From contig CBDBOV010000002.1 in NCBI GenBank assembly GCA_965208575.1, positions 192,001 to 256,000 of the forward strand: a stretch of DNA of 64,000 nt, given 5' to 3'. This document shows, in pieces, positions 26,121 to 38,266 of the stretch (position 1 is its first letter; every line of letters begins with the position of its first letter). The notes beneath the pieces are model-generated. The model was not told the origin of the DNA, ran no database searches, and worked only from the letters and a program-made list of their open reading frames with translations. The stretch comes from Spirochaetia bacterium (GTDB taxonomy: Bacteria > Spirochaetota > Spirochaetia > SZUA-6 > Bin103). The translations under genes and the position numbers were made by a program.

Positions 26121-28469
26121 ATGGATGCCGTGACCTCCCCCGCCCTCTTGTCCACCGTTGCCGCGCTCCCCGATTACCTCTTGTTGGCGCAGACTCGGCA
26201 GCTCGCCCGCCACGAGCAGGCGCTGCAGATCCTGGTGCTCGACCACCTGCGCGAGATCGAGGTGCGCCGCCTGCACCTGACCCGCGGGTACGGCAGCCTG
26301 TTTGACTACGTGGTGCACGAACTGAACTACACTGCGGCCGCCGCCTGGCGGCGCATCAAGGCGATGCGGCTGTGCAGCCAGACCAACGGGGCGCGCGAAC
26401 TGCTACAGGACGGCTCGCTGAACCTGAGCAACGCGGCACAGGTGCAGAACCTGTTCGAGCGCAGCGACCGCAGCCGGGGCCGCCCGCCGGTAAGTACCGG
26501 AGCAGGTGGCGCCCTGGGCGGTGCGCCACGGAGTGACGGCGCACCGGGGGAGCCGGGACCGTCTGCGCCGATGCGCGGCGGCGAGCGCGATCCGGCGCAA
26601 CCAGCAGCCGGGCCGGCACCGGCAGCCGGGCCGGTGCTGGACTCCGCGGCGCGGGAGGAGCTGGTCAAGCGGGCGGCGGGCAAGAGCACGCGCGAAGTGC
26701 AGCAGATGCTGGCGGAGGTGGATCCCGAGCTGGCGCGGCCGAGCGACCGGATGCGCGCGCTCGGAGGCGGGCGCTGGGAGTTGAAGGCGGCGGTCGACGC
26801 GGACTGCCGGCATGGGCTGGAGAAGCTGCAGATGTTGCTGTCGCACACGGATCCGCACCTGACGCTGGGCGTGCTGGTGGCGCGGCTGGTGCGCGACGGC
26901 CTGGACCGCTACGACCCGGCGCGGCCACCGAGGCCGCGGCGTACGGCCGGTCGCGGCTCGACTGACGGCGCGGGACCGGTGAGCACGCCGGTGCGGCGCG
27001 CTACGGACTCGGAGGCGCGGAACGTGGTGCGCGCGAGCGAGAGCAATGTCGAACGGCAGAACGAAGTCGAACGGGATGACACGTCGCGGACCGCCGATCG
27101 GGTTGGCACTCCCCGTTCTTTCGCGGAGCGGGGAGTCGCGCACTGCGCCGATTCGGCGGCGCATCGGTCGGATGCCGCGCACGGCAGCGCTGCGCTCGTG
27201 GCGGCAGCGGGGAGCGGCGCGTACGCCACGTCGGCGGCGCATCGCCAAGCGGAAGCCGAGCCCGGTCGCGCGGTGCGGGTTGGCGGCGGGCGCACCGATT
27301 CGGCGGCGGGGCGGCACACGGAAGCCGAGCGCGTGTCCGCGGCAGTGCGGGGAAGTGTCCGCGGCACCGCATCGGGGGCGAAGCGACACTCGGAGGACGA
27401 GCACGGAAGCGATTCGCTCATGGGGGTACCGACCAGCGGCGGGCACTCCACTTCGTCGGTGAAGCGCGATTCGGGCACCGAGCACGGCAGCGCGTCACCG
27501 GCGGCGGCACTACCGGTCGGCGGCGGGCACACCGATTCGTCGGCGAAGTGCCGGGCCGAGGCCGAACTCGGTCGCGCGGCGCGTCCGGTGACGCGGAACG
27601 GCGACGGTCGGTCGGTGTCGGCGGCGAAACAGCGTGCGGAGGAAGCGCGCGGCGGCGCGAAGTCGGCGGCGGGCCGGGACTCTGTCCGCCGTTCCGACTC
27701 GGCGCCGAAGCGAGTCACGCAGGACGAGGGCGGGCACACCGAGGAAGCGGAGCGCATTCCTGCCGACGCGGCTTCGGCGCCGGGGCGCGGTCGCGAGAGG
27801 GAGCACGGATGCGGGCAACCGACGGCGATCCGCGGCAGCGGCGTTCGGGCTGCTTCGCCGGCGAAGCGGCGGGGGCGAGCAGACGGCGGTGGCCGGGACG
27901 CGGGGGTGGGCGGTGTTCTGGACGGCGCAGCGTGCGCCGCCGGACCGGGGTTCGACGCCGACCGGTGCAGCGCGGCGCGGGCAGCGGGGCGGGGCGACCG
28001 CGGGTGTCCGACTTCGGCGGCGAAGCGGCTTGCGCACGCCGCCGGGCATGGCGCGATGGGGAGGGGGGAGCGTTCGCCGGCAGTGGAGCGGCACCTGGCC
28101 GCGTTGCGTGGCGTCGGCGCGGTGCCGGGCTCGCGGTCACGGTACATTCCGGCGGTCGTGCGGCGCGAGGTGTGGCGGCGCGACCAGGGTTGTTGCAGCT
28201 ATGTCGACCCGCACAGCGGCCGGCGCTGCGGCTCCCGCTATCGGCTGGAGATCGACCACATCGTGCCGTTCGCGCTCGGCGGCACTGCCGAGCTTTCCAA
28301 CTTGCGCGTGCGCTGCCGTGCTCACCACAGGTTGCGCCACGCTCAGCGCCATGCTGGCCCCGAGAGTGTGCCGACCGAAGCCCGGCGTGCTCCGGGCTTC
28401 GCGGTCGACCCCAAGGAACGCGGGCGAACCGTCGGTTCGCATGCGGCAATCGAACGGGCCGGGGCGTGA
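26121..28469 (+). CDS. HNH endonuclease with a DUF222-like helical N-terminus and a long internal repeat linker
   Basis: N-terminal HLREIEVRRLHLTRGYGSLFDYVVHELNY..AAAWRRI; C-terminal RYIPAVVRREVWRRDQGCC...C...LEIDHIVPFALGG...NLRVRCRAHH. Confidence 0.9.
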   Translation: MDAVTSPALLSTVAALPDYLLLAQTRQLARHEQALQILVLDHLREIEVRRLHLTRGYGSLFDYVVHELNYTAAAAWRRIKAMRLCSQTNGARELLQDGSLNLSNAAQVQNLFERSDRSRGRPPVSTGAGGALGGAPRSDGAPGEPGPSAPMRGGERDPAQPAAGPAPAAGPVLDSAAREELVKRAAGKSTREVQQMLAEVDPELARPSDRMRALGGGRWELKAAVDADCRHGLEKLQMLLSHTDPHLTLGVLVARLVRDGLDRYDPARPPRPRRTAGRGSTDGAGPVSTPVRRATDSEARNVVRASESNVERQNEVERDDTSRTADRVGTPRSFAERGVAHCADSAAHRSDAAHGSAALVAAAGSGAYATSAAHRQAEAEPGRAVRVGGGRTDSAAGRHTEAERVSAAVRGSVRGTASGAKRHSEDEHGSDSLMGVPTSGGHSTSSVKRDSGTEHGSASPAAALPVGGGHTDSSAKCRAEAELGRAARPVTRNGDGRSVSAAKQRAEEARGGAKSAAGRDSVRRSDSAPKRVTQDEGGHTEEAERIPADAASAPGRGREREHGCGQPTAIRGSGVRAASPAKRRGRADGGGRDAGVGGVLDGAACAAGPGFDADRCSAARAAGRGDRGCPTSAAKRLAHAAGHGAMGRGERSPAVERHLAALRGVGAVPGSRSRYIPAVVRREVWRRDQGCCSYVDPHSGRRCGSRYRLEIDHIVPFALGGTAELSNLRVRCRAHHRLRHAQRHAGPESVPTEARRAPGFAVDPKERGRTVGSHAAIERAGA
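27153..28030 (+). repeat. In-frame degenerate array of ~81-bp units anchored on TCGGCGGCGAAGCG (SAAKR)
   Basis: Anchors at 27153, 27231, 27300, 27372, 27453, 27537, 27618, 27699, 27774, 27855 and 28014. Confidence 0.75.
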
Positions 28470-29197
28470 CCGCGCCATCTGGCAGCCTGCGCTTCTTGCG
28501 TCCCGATGCGCTACTGGCGGAGGTGGTGGGTACCTTCGCGCTCGTGTTTGCCGCTACCGGCTCGATCATGGTCAACGACATGTCCGGCGGCGTGGTGACC
28601 CACATCGGCGTGGCCGCCGCGCCGGGGCTGGTGGTGGCGGCGATGATCTACGCGGTGGGAGACATCTCCGCCGCCCACTTCAACCCCGCCGTGACGATCG
28701 GGTTCTGGAGCGTCGGCCGGCTGCCGGCCCGCCTGGTGGTGCCTTACATCGCCAGCCAGGTGGTGGGCGCGGTGCTGGCCAGCTTCGCCCTGTGGCTGCT
28801 GCTGCCGGAGCACCGCGGCCTGATGGGCGCCCATGTTCCCGCCATCCCGGCGGCGCCGTCGGTGGCGATGGAGGTGATTCTCACCTTCTTCCTGATGTTC
28901 GTGATCCTGGGCGTGATCGGCTTCCTCAACGCCGCCCCCGGCGCCGACAGGATCAACCGGCAGCCGTCCTCCGGCCTGGCGGTCGGGGCGGTGGTCGCGC
29001 TGGCGATCTGGTTCGCCGGCCCCACCAGCGGCGCCTCCATGAACCCGGCGCGCTCGCTGGCCCCGGCCCTGTTCGCGGTAGAGCCGCTGCAGTACCTGTG
29101 GATCTACGTGATCGGCCCGGTCGGCGGCGCCCTCCTCGCCGGCCTCGCCGGCCGCCTCATCCGCCACACCAGCCGCGCCAGCCGCGCCACGAAGTGA
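28466..29197 (+). CDS. MIP/aquaporin family channel
   Basis: AEVVGTFALVF, SAAHFNPAVT, GASMNPARSLAPA, WIYVIGP; the candidate GTG start overlaps the HNH stop (GTGA). Confidence 0.92.
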   Translation: MTAPSGSLRFLRPDALLAEVVGTFALVFAATGSIMVNDMSGGVVTHIGVAAAPGLVVAAMIYAVGDISAAHFNPAVTIGFWSVGRLPARLVVPYIASQVVGAVLASFALWLLLPEHRGLMGAHVPAIPAAPSVAMEVILTFFLMFVILGVIGFLNAAPGADRINRQPSSGLAVGAVVALAIWFAGPTSGASMNPARSLAPALFAVEPLQYLWIYVIGPVGGALLAGLAGRLIRHTSRASRATK

Positions 29198-29228
29198 CAC
29201 TCGCCGTGGCGCCGCGCGTAAAGCTGGA

Positions 29229-30251
29229 TTAGCTGCCGGCGGTGCCTACGGCGTCGAGCCAGGCCTGTTTGGCGGCGTCGAGGGCGGCCTGGTGGGCCGG
29301 GAAGTAGCCCACGTCGATCACTTCCTCGTTGACGTAGGTCAGGTAGAAGTTCACGAACGCGGCCACCTGCGGCTTCTCGGTCATGATGTCCGCGGTGGTG
29401 TAGATGAACATCGGGCGGGCGAGCGGGTAGGAGGCGTCGTCGACGCTCTCGGTGCTCGCCTCGACGCCGTCGATGTCGAGCACGTTCAGCTTGTCCGCGT
29501 TCTCGGTGTAATAGGCGTAGCCGAAGAAGCCCACCGAGTAGGGGCCGCCGAGGACGCCCTGCACCAGGATGTTGTCATCCTCGCTCATCTGCAGGTTGCC
29601 GGCGCTCAGGATCGGCTCTTCGTCCTTGTCGAACACCGCTTCCACGAAGTAGTCGAAGGTGCCGCTGTCGGTGCCGGGAATGAAGCGCTGGATCGGCTCG
29701 TCGGGCCAGTCGGAGTTGACGTCGCTCCAGTTGGCGGCGGTGCTGAACAGGGCGTGGAGCTGCTCCATGCTGACGTTGTCGGCGAAGGTGTTGTCCCGGC
29801 TCACCACCACGGCGAGCGCATCGGTGCCGACGCGCATCTCGATCGGCTCGCGACCGATCGCCTGGCAGTTGGTCACCTCGGCGCCGTTGATCGCCCGGCT
29901 GGCGTTGGAGACGTCGGTTTCGCCGCTGGAGCAGAAGCGCTCGAAGCCGGCGCCGGTGCCGATGCTGTCGACGCTGATGTTGCCGGGGAAGCCTTCATCC
30001 TTGAACCGCTCCACCATGCGCTCGGAGAGCGGAAACACGGTGGAGCTGCCGGCGGTGACGATGTTGCCCGGTACGTCGAGCGGGTTGATGCCGGGAAGCA
30101 TCGGATCGTCGGACTCCTCGTTCATAATGAACGACCAGGCGCCGCCGGCGTCCTCGCCGGAGCCCCTGGCCATCGCCGTGGTACCGGCCGCCAGGTACGC
30201 CAGCACCGCCAGCAGGGCGGCGGCGCGCGCGAACAGAGATAGGTGAAACAA
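29229..30251 (-). CDS. pstS: Phosphate ABC transporter substrate-binding protein
   Basis: AGSSTVFP, GTGAGFERFC, NASRAI, DSGTFDYF, SEDDN, YPLARPMFIY. Confidence 0.92.
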   Translation of the reverse strand: MFHLSLFARAAALLAVLAYLAAGTTAMARGSGEDAGGAWSFIMNEESDDPMLPGINPLDVPGNIVTAGSSTVFPLSERMVERFKDEGFPGNISVDSIGTGAGFERFCSSGETDVSNASRAINGAEVTNCQAIGREPIEMRVGTDALAVVVSRDNTFADNVSMEQLHALFSTAANWSDVNSDWPDEPIQRFIPGTDSGTFDYFVEAVFDKDEEPILSAGNLQMSEDDNILVQGVLGGPYSVGFFGYAYYTENADKLNVLDIDGVEASTESVDDASYPLARPMFIYTTADIMTEKPQVAAFVNFYLTYVNEEVIDVGYFPAHQAALDAAKQAWLDAVGTAGS

Positions 30252-30343
30252 GAGCCGTCCTCCTTCGAGACGAGTGAGATGCCTCGAAAGTGGAGGGCGC
30301 CCTTTAGCGTTTCAACAGGTAACCGTTAGCTTTGTGTAAGGCG

Positions 30344-33136
<2,793 letters not shown>

Positions 33137-33152
33137 CTTCGCGGCTTCCGTG

Positions 33153-34115
33153 TTACGCGGACCGCAGTTCCAACGCCGCCATCTCCTCCGCCGACAGGTC
33201 CAGCTCCGCGGCGCGCGTGCTGGCGGCGAATTCCTCGGTAGTGCGCGCTCCCACCAGGGGAAACACGTTCAGCGCGGTGCCGAACAGATAGGCCAGCGCT
33301 ATCGTGGCCACGCTCACGCCGCGTTGGTCGGCAATCTCCCTGGCGGCGTCGTAGCGGCGGAAATTGTCTTCCGTGCCGTAGGTCTCGGCACTCAGCTTCA
33401 TCAAGTAGTCGGTAAACGTGTGCAGGTTGTCGCGCCGCAGGGCGCCGGAGAAAAACCCGCCGGCGAGACTCGACCACACCAGCAGCGGCATCTGGGTGAG
33501 CCGGTACCAGTCACGGTCCTGGGCGCCGTCCGGGCCGCTGATCGACAGGCACTCCGGCCACGGCTCCCGGCGCTGCACCGCCAAGCTGAAGTTGGGGCTG
33601 CTGGCGCGCATCATCGGCAGGCCGTGCTCCTCGGCGTAGGCGTTGGCCTCCTGGATGCGCCGCGGGCTCCAGTTGGAGCCGCCGAACGCGCGGATCCGCC
33701 CCGCCTGCTGGTGGTCGGCCAGGGCGTCCATGATCGGCCCCACCGGCAGGCGCGGGTCGTCGCGGTGCAGCAGGTACAGGTCGACGTGATCGGTCCGCAG
33801 GCGCGCGAGGGTATCCATCAGGTCAGACGCAAGATCATACGGCGTTACCCGCCGGCGGTCCACGTTGTGGTGGCAGCCCTTGCCGACGATCACCACCCGG
33901 TCGCGGTTGCCGCGCGCCTCCATCCACCGGCCGAGCACGCGGTCGGCGTCGCCGCCGCCGTAGCCGTGCGCCGTATCGAACGTGGTGCCGCCCTGCTCAA
34001 ACACGCCGTCGAGAAGTGCGAAGCCTTCCTCGAGCCGGTCGCGGCTGAGCATGATGGTGCCCTGAATCACGCGCGCGAGGGGCTTGTCCAATCCGTCTAT
34101 CTGCTCGTAGATCAT
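33153..34115 (-). CDS. Aldo/keto reductase
   Basis: FDTAHGYGGG, DLYLLHRDDP, FGGSNW, WSSLAGGFF. Confidence 0.9.
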   Translation of the reverse strand: MIYEQIDGLDKPLARVIQGTIMLSRDRLEEGFALLDGVFEQGGTTFDTAHGYGGGDADRVLGRWMEARGNRDRVVIVGKGCHHNVDRRRVTPYDLASDLMDTLARLRTDHVDLYLLHRDDPRLPVGPIMDALADHQQAGRIRAFGGSNWSPRRIQEANAYAEEHGLPMMRASSPNFSLAVQRREPWPECLSISGPDGAQDRDWYRLTQMPLLVWSSLAGGFFSGALRRDNLHTFTDYLMKLSAETYGTEDNFRRYDAAREIADQRGVSVATIALAYLFGTALNVFPLVGARTTEEFAASTRAAELDLSAEEMAALELRSA

Positions 34116-35116
34116 GCAGGTGCTCTCTCTTCGAATGGATAGCTGACGCCGATGGCGCGCCGCGCCGCGTCGAGCGTTTCGCTGATGGCGATCGACTCGG
34201 CGAGGGGCATCACCGGCGAGTCGGTAGCGCCGGCCCGGATCAGCTCCATGAAATGCTCCGCCTCGTAGTTGAAGCCGTTGCCCACCATCGGATAGCTGCG
34301 TTCATCCGGGGCTGCGGAACCGCGGTGCACGATAAGCCGGTCGCTGCGCCAGAACCGCGGGCCCACAACCACGTAGCCGCCGCTGCCCACCACGCTTGCC
34401 AAGTGCGGCGAACGGGTGGTGAGCGAGCAGGTGAGCGCGGCGACCGCGCCGTCCGGGTAACTCAAAGATACCGCGGTGCGCTCGTCGACACCGGTGGTGC
34501 CGACGTGAGCGGCCGCGGCGACGCCGTTCGGGGTGCCGAGCAGCATCGACGCGAACGACACGCAGTACACGCCCAGGTCAAGCAGCGCACCGCCGGCCAG
34601 CTCGGGAGCGTACAGGCGGCTTGCCGGATCGGGCGTGCTCGCGAATCCGATGTCGGCGTGCACGACGTGCGGCTTGCCGATCTCCCCCGCCTCGATGAGG
34701 GCTCGCAGTGCCGCCGTCGCCGGGATGAAGCGGGCCCACATGCCCTCCATCAGCAGCACTCCTTGATCGCGGGCGCAGGCGGCGACGGCGCGCGCCTCGG
34801 CGGCGTTGACCGTGAGCGGCTTCTCGCACAGCACGGCTTTGCCTGCCTCCAGGCAAAGCCGGCACGCGGCGGCGTGCTGCGGATGCGGCGTGGCCACGTA
34901 TACGGCGTGCACGTCCGGGTCGGCCGCCAGCGCCTCGTAGCCGGCATGGGCGCGCGCGGCCCCGTGTTCGGCGGCGAACCGCGCGGCGCGCTCGGCGGAG
35001 CGCGAGCCCACGGCCACCAGCCGCGCCCCGGCCGCGTCACGCAGGCCGGCGGCGAACTTCACGGCAATGCGGCCCGGTCCCAGAATGCCCCAGTTGACCG
35101 CCTCAGGCTTAGGCAT
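34112..35116 (-). CDS. Gfo/Idh/MocA-family oxidoreductase
   Basis: WGILGPGRIA, AVYVATPH, VLCEKP, GGALLDLGVY. Confidence 0.93.
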   Translation of the reverse strand: MPKPEAVNWGILGPGRIAVKFAAGLRDAAGARLVAVGSRSAERAARFAAEHGAARAHAGYEALAADPDVHAVYVATPHPQHAAACRLCLEAGKAVLCEKPLTVNAAEARAVAACARDQGVLLMEGMWARFIPATAALRALIEAGEIGKPHVVHADIGFASTPDPASRLYAPELAGGALLDLGVYCVSFASMLLGTPNGVAAAAHVGTTGVDERTAVSLSYPDGAVAALTCSLTTRSPHLASVVGSGGYVVVGPRFWRSDRLIVHRGSAAPDERSYPMVGNGFNYEAEHFMELIRAGATDSPVMPLAESIAISETLDAARRAIGVSYPFEERAPA

Positions 35117-35375
35117 CGGCGCAGCTTAACCAAAGTTGGCACCGCGCGCCAAGGGCGGCTAATCAGTACGACGCACCATCGATCTCTGCGCTGCTACGCG
35201 CGCCAACACGGGCGGCCGACAGGTGGGATCCTGAAGCCCCTGAAACGCCAGGACTGTCACTGCTACACTCTGCAACGGTACACTGACCACTCTGAGCGCA
35301 TGGCACAGGCCGAGCGGTGGTAGTCTCTGACTCGGCCATCGCGCTGATATTGTGCTAGAATGGCAACCTCATACG

Positions 35376-38105
35376 ATGTCTCTTGTAGGACAAATGCGTA
35401 CGGATGGCAACTCGGTTCTTGACGAAGCCCAGCTAAATAGAATCGAATCAGTGCATCGCGGATTCCTGTATCAACATCTCTATGGCGTGGGTTGTCTATT
35501 GAACCTTGTGTCCAAAGAGGACGGCCTAATCACCGTAGAACGTAACGAAGACGTCGAGATCGTCACGGACACTGAGAAGTGTCTGATTCAGATAAAGACT
35601 CGAAGCCGTCCTATACGTCTGAGCGACATTTCGACAGCCCTAGACCACTTTGACCGTTTAAGAGCCACTCACGATGGAAATTCTGCTGTCAGGAGGCCCA
35701 GGTTCGCTATTGTCTCTAATATTGAACCCGGCCCGGACCTGGAGGAGAGATTGGGTTCCCCTGACTGGCCACACGATGTGGCATTCTCATCACCAGGGCA
35801 CCTCGATCATGTTCACGAGCTCGCACCTCCACCTTGGCGATCTGTGGAGAGCGCGCTCGAATGGTGCGTGTCCGCTGCGACTCAGCTACCCTTCCAATCG
35901 ATCTCACCTGACACCCTTGTGTGGAAGCTCGCGGCGCGAGTTCAGTTTGCGGCGACCGGTGACGATGATGAGAGACGCAATCATGCTTTTCGACGTGTTG
36001 ATCTCCCGGATCTGTTCGATCTCCTTGTTCGACAACTTCAGGAGTTTCCAGCTATACCGACCAACTATCGGCCGCAGCTTGGTGAACCTGATTTTGGTCG
36101 GGATCAACGAGTGCAATTGATCACGGCATTCGCTGGAGGAGGCAAGACGATCTGGAGTTCGTGGCAGGCAAAGCACACGACCGCCGACACAATCTACTTC
36201 GACGTGGGCGATTTGTCAGGATCGGCGCTCGCAAGTTCAATTGCGCGTGAGTTGGCTGCCCGCTTTGTTTCCGGCCGAGGCACTGGTGCCGCTCAGATAC
36301 CCGCACGTACGGGGCTTGACGCACTACGAGTTATCTCTCAGGAGATTCGTCTAACTCAATCGCCGATCGTGATTGTAGACAACGTTCACCGGGTGGACCC
36401 CATGGATATGCGCCAAGTAATCGAGGCGTGTTCGACGGTACGGTTTGTGCTTATAGGTAGACCGTGGGAAAATCAAGTAATTCTCGAAGGGATGCTTGGG
36501 ATAACGGCAGAAAGACTTCCCGGTTGGGATAGAGACACCGTGGCATCTGTATTTCATGCTGAGGGAGTGAAAGTAGATCCGGCAAGTGCAAGCCGGTGGA
36601 GGGAGATCACCGGCGGACTGCCGCTGTACGTAACCAATGCCGCCCAACTATGTAATGAACTATACCCTCGAGGCGCGGATCAGTTCCTCTCAGCCGTCAG
36701 AAGTGACGCGCACCCGGTGGCACTGTCACAAGAGGCGATCCTTAAACTGCTGTTTGAGCATTTAAATACATCGGAACGGACCGCCGTCGCAGCACTGAGT
36801 CTGACGAATGTGAAGCTCAGTAACGACGAGTTATGCGCCTTCTTCTCGGCGTTGCCGGCGTTGGCACACGGTAGCGGATCAACTCTACGCTCTCTGAACC
36901 GGAGGGGAATAGTTCAGGTCTTTTCCGACGGTGGAAGAAAGCTGCACGACGTCTTGCGGTTGCCGGCTAGATCGCTACAAGACGAGTTGCCTCAGGCAGA
37001 TGTGCAGCGGTTACGGAGTAGGCTTCGGGACATCTTGTTTTCGTCCCTCGAAGCGGAGCGGGACATCACTCGGTTTGGTGCGTGGATCCGGCTTCTCGCG
37101 CCTACTGGACAGGTAGACACGCTAGTTGACCTTGCGACGAGTGAGATTTTTCACGAACTCGGAGATCCGCAAGACCTAAAGGCCGTATTGACAAAGGCGG
37201 CCCGTGAGGCCGGAGAGGATCGAGAGACTGCTTTCTGGGCCTTGGATGCCGTGACGTTCTGGGAGCTTCAAGAAGGGTCTAGAGATAGCGATCCGGAGCC
37301 GTACCTGCGTCAATTGGAGGATCTTATTAGGGACGGGGGATTCAGCCGTCGTCAGGAATCGGCCGTGGTAATGAAGCGAATGATGGTCTTCGGAAAGAGC
37401 GGTGATCGACGAGCAATGGAGCGCACGTTCACTGCTGAGGCCCGCCTCTGCGAGGGGGACTCGCTTATGTCAAGAGTCCTCAGGTACAATTACGCAAACG
37501 CACTCTTTCGCGGCGGCCATTTCCGTGATGCGTGTAGAGTAGCTTTCAATCTTAGCAAGGAATATTACGACCTATTGGAGATAGACGTAACCAAGGTAGT
37601 AGGCGCTGATCGAACGCAGATGAGTGCTCTTATTCACGACGTCTCGGACAAAATAGATGATATAAAACATCTCGGAGATTGCCTAGATGTCGTCGCCAGA
37701 TGTATGCGACACCTCGGTCAGAATCCGGGACTAGCGGCGATACATGCGGTAAAGTTTTACGAGCTATCAGGTGCGCATCGTTCTCAAATGCGGGCGGCCC
37801 AAGACGTAGTCGACGACTTCATTTCGATAGGAGATTTTGAGTACGCACTGGAACTGATGGAGGGATATGTATTGCCGCTTCTCAAACATATGCGGTTTGA
37901 CAGCCATTTGGTGGAGGTTAGAGGTCAATATGCTGTGATTCTCGCATACAATGGCCGACACGATGAAGCAGGAGAGGAAATGGAGAGGGTAGTGCCGTAT
38001 GTTGAAGATCTTCCTCACGACCATCGCGCGAGCGTAAGGAATCAACAGAAGATGGTGAAAGAGATGGCAGAAGGGCGGATGCGTACGTTTGGGGCGAAGG
38101 CATAA
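35376..38105 (+). CDS. Cap4/DUF4297-like nuclease + STAND-type P-loop NTPase + helical repeat domain (Avs/NLR-like)
   Basis: RGFLYQ...ERNEDV...LIQIKT; Walker A AFAGGGKT, Walker B IVIVDNVH, TGGLPLYV and a winged-helix LHD; helical C-terminus; lower GC; TG-C-TAGAAT upstream. Confidence 0.8.
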   Translation: MSLVGQMRTDGNSVLDEAQLNRIESVHRGFLYQHLYGVGCLLNLVSKEDGLITVERNEDVEIVTDTEKCLIQIKTRSRPIRLSDISTALDHFDRLRATHDGNSAVRRPRFAIVSNIEPGPDLEERLGSPDWPHDVAFSSPGHLDHVHELAPPPWRSVESALEWCVSAATQLPFQSISPDTLVWKLAARVQFAATGDDDERRNHAFRRVDLPDLFDLLVRQLQEFPAIPTNYRPQLGEPDFGRDQRVQLITAFAGGGKTIWSSWQAKHTTADTIYFDVGDLSGSALASSIARELAARFVSGRGTGAAQIPARTGLDALRVISQEIRLTQSPIVIVDNVHRVDPMDMRQVIEACSTVRFVLIGRPWENQVILEGMLGITAERLPGWDRDTVASVFHAEGVKVDPASASRWREITGGLPLYVTNAAQLCNELYPRGADQFLSAVRSDAHPVALSQEAILKLLFEHLNTSERTAVAALSLTNVKLSNDELCAFFSALPALAHGSGSTLRSLNRRGIVQVFSDGGRKLHDVLRLPARSLQDELPQADVQRLRSRLRDILFSSLEAERDITRFGAWIRLLAPTGQVDTLVDLATSEIFHELGDPQDLKAVLTKAAREAGEDRETAFWALDAVTFWELQEGSRDSDPEPYLRQLEDLIRDGGFSRRQESAVVMKRMMVFGKSGDRRAMERTFTAEARLCEGDSLMSRVLRYNYANALFRGGHFRDACRVAFNLSKEYYDLLEIDVTKVVGADRTQMSALIHDVSDKIDDIKHLGDCLDVVARCMRHLGQNPGLAAIHAVKFYELSGAHRSQMRAAQDVVDDFISIGDFEYALELMEGYVLPLLKHMRFDSHLVEVRGQYAVILAYNGRHDEAGEEMERVVPYVEDLPHDHRASVRNQQKMVKEMAEGRMRTFGAKA

Positions 38106-38266
38106 TCGTGCAAGTTCGGCCGAGCAGGCAACGTCGTTGGATTCAATTGCGGCAGGCTGGGTGGCGCGGGTTGTACGGCCGCCAGGCAGAGACCATTCTC
38201 AAAGTAGCATGCAAGCTCGGGCCCGCGTGTGGGGCACGGACGGTTCGTGACCACCCGGAGGAGTAA

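Noticed and set aside
27153-28030. HNH internal array as a CRISPR array or DGR variable region
   Set aside because: Anchors are only ~13 bp, degenerate and in frame; no cas or reverse transcriptase gene is in the window; differences between paralogues do not look adenine-specific.
30300-30340. Possible Pho box upstream of pstS (CTTACACAAAGCTAAC on the minus strand)
   Set aside because: Only one good half-site; plausible from context but not supportable.
38107-38225. Short imperfect direct repeat (TGCAAGTTCGG / TGCAAGCTCGG) after the STAND gene as an att site
   Set aside because: Both copies are on the same side of the gene, and no match was seen on the left flank.
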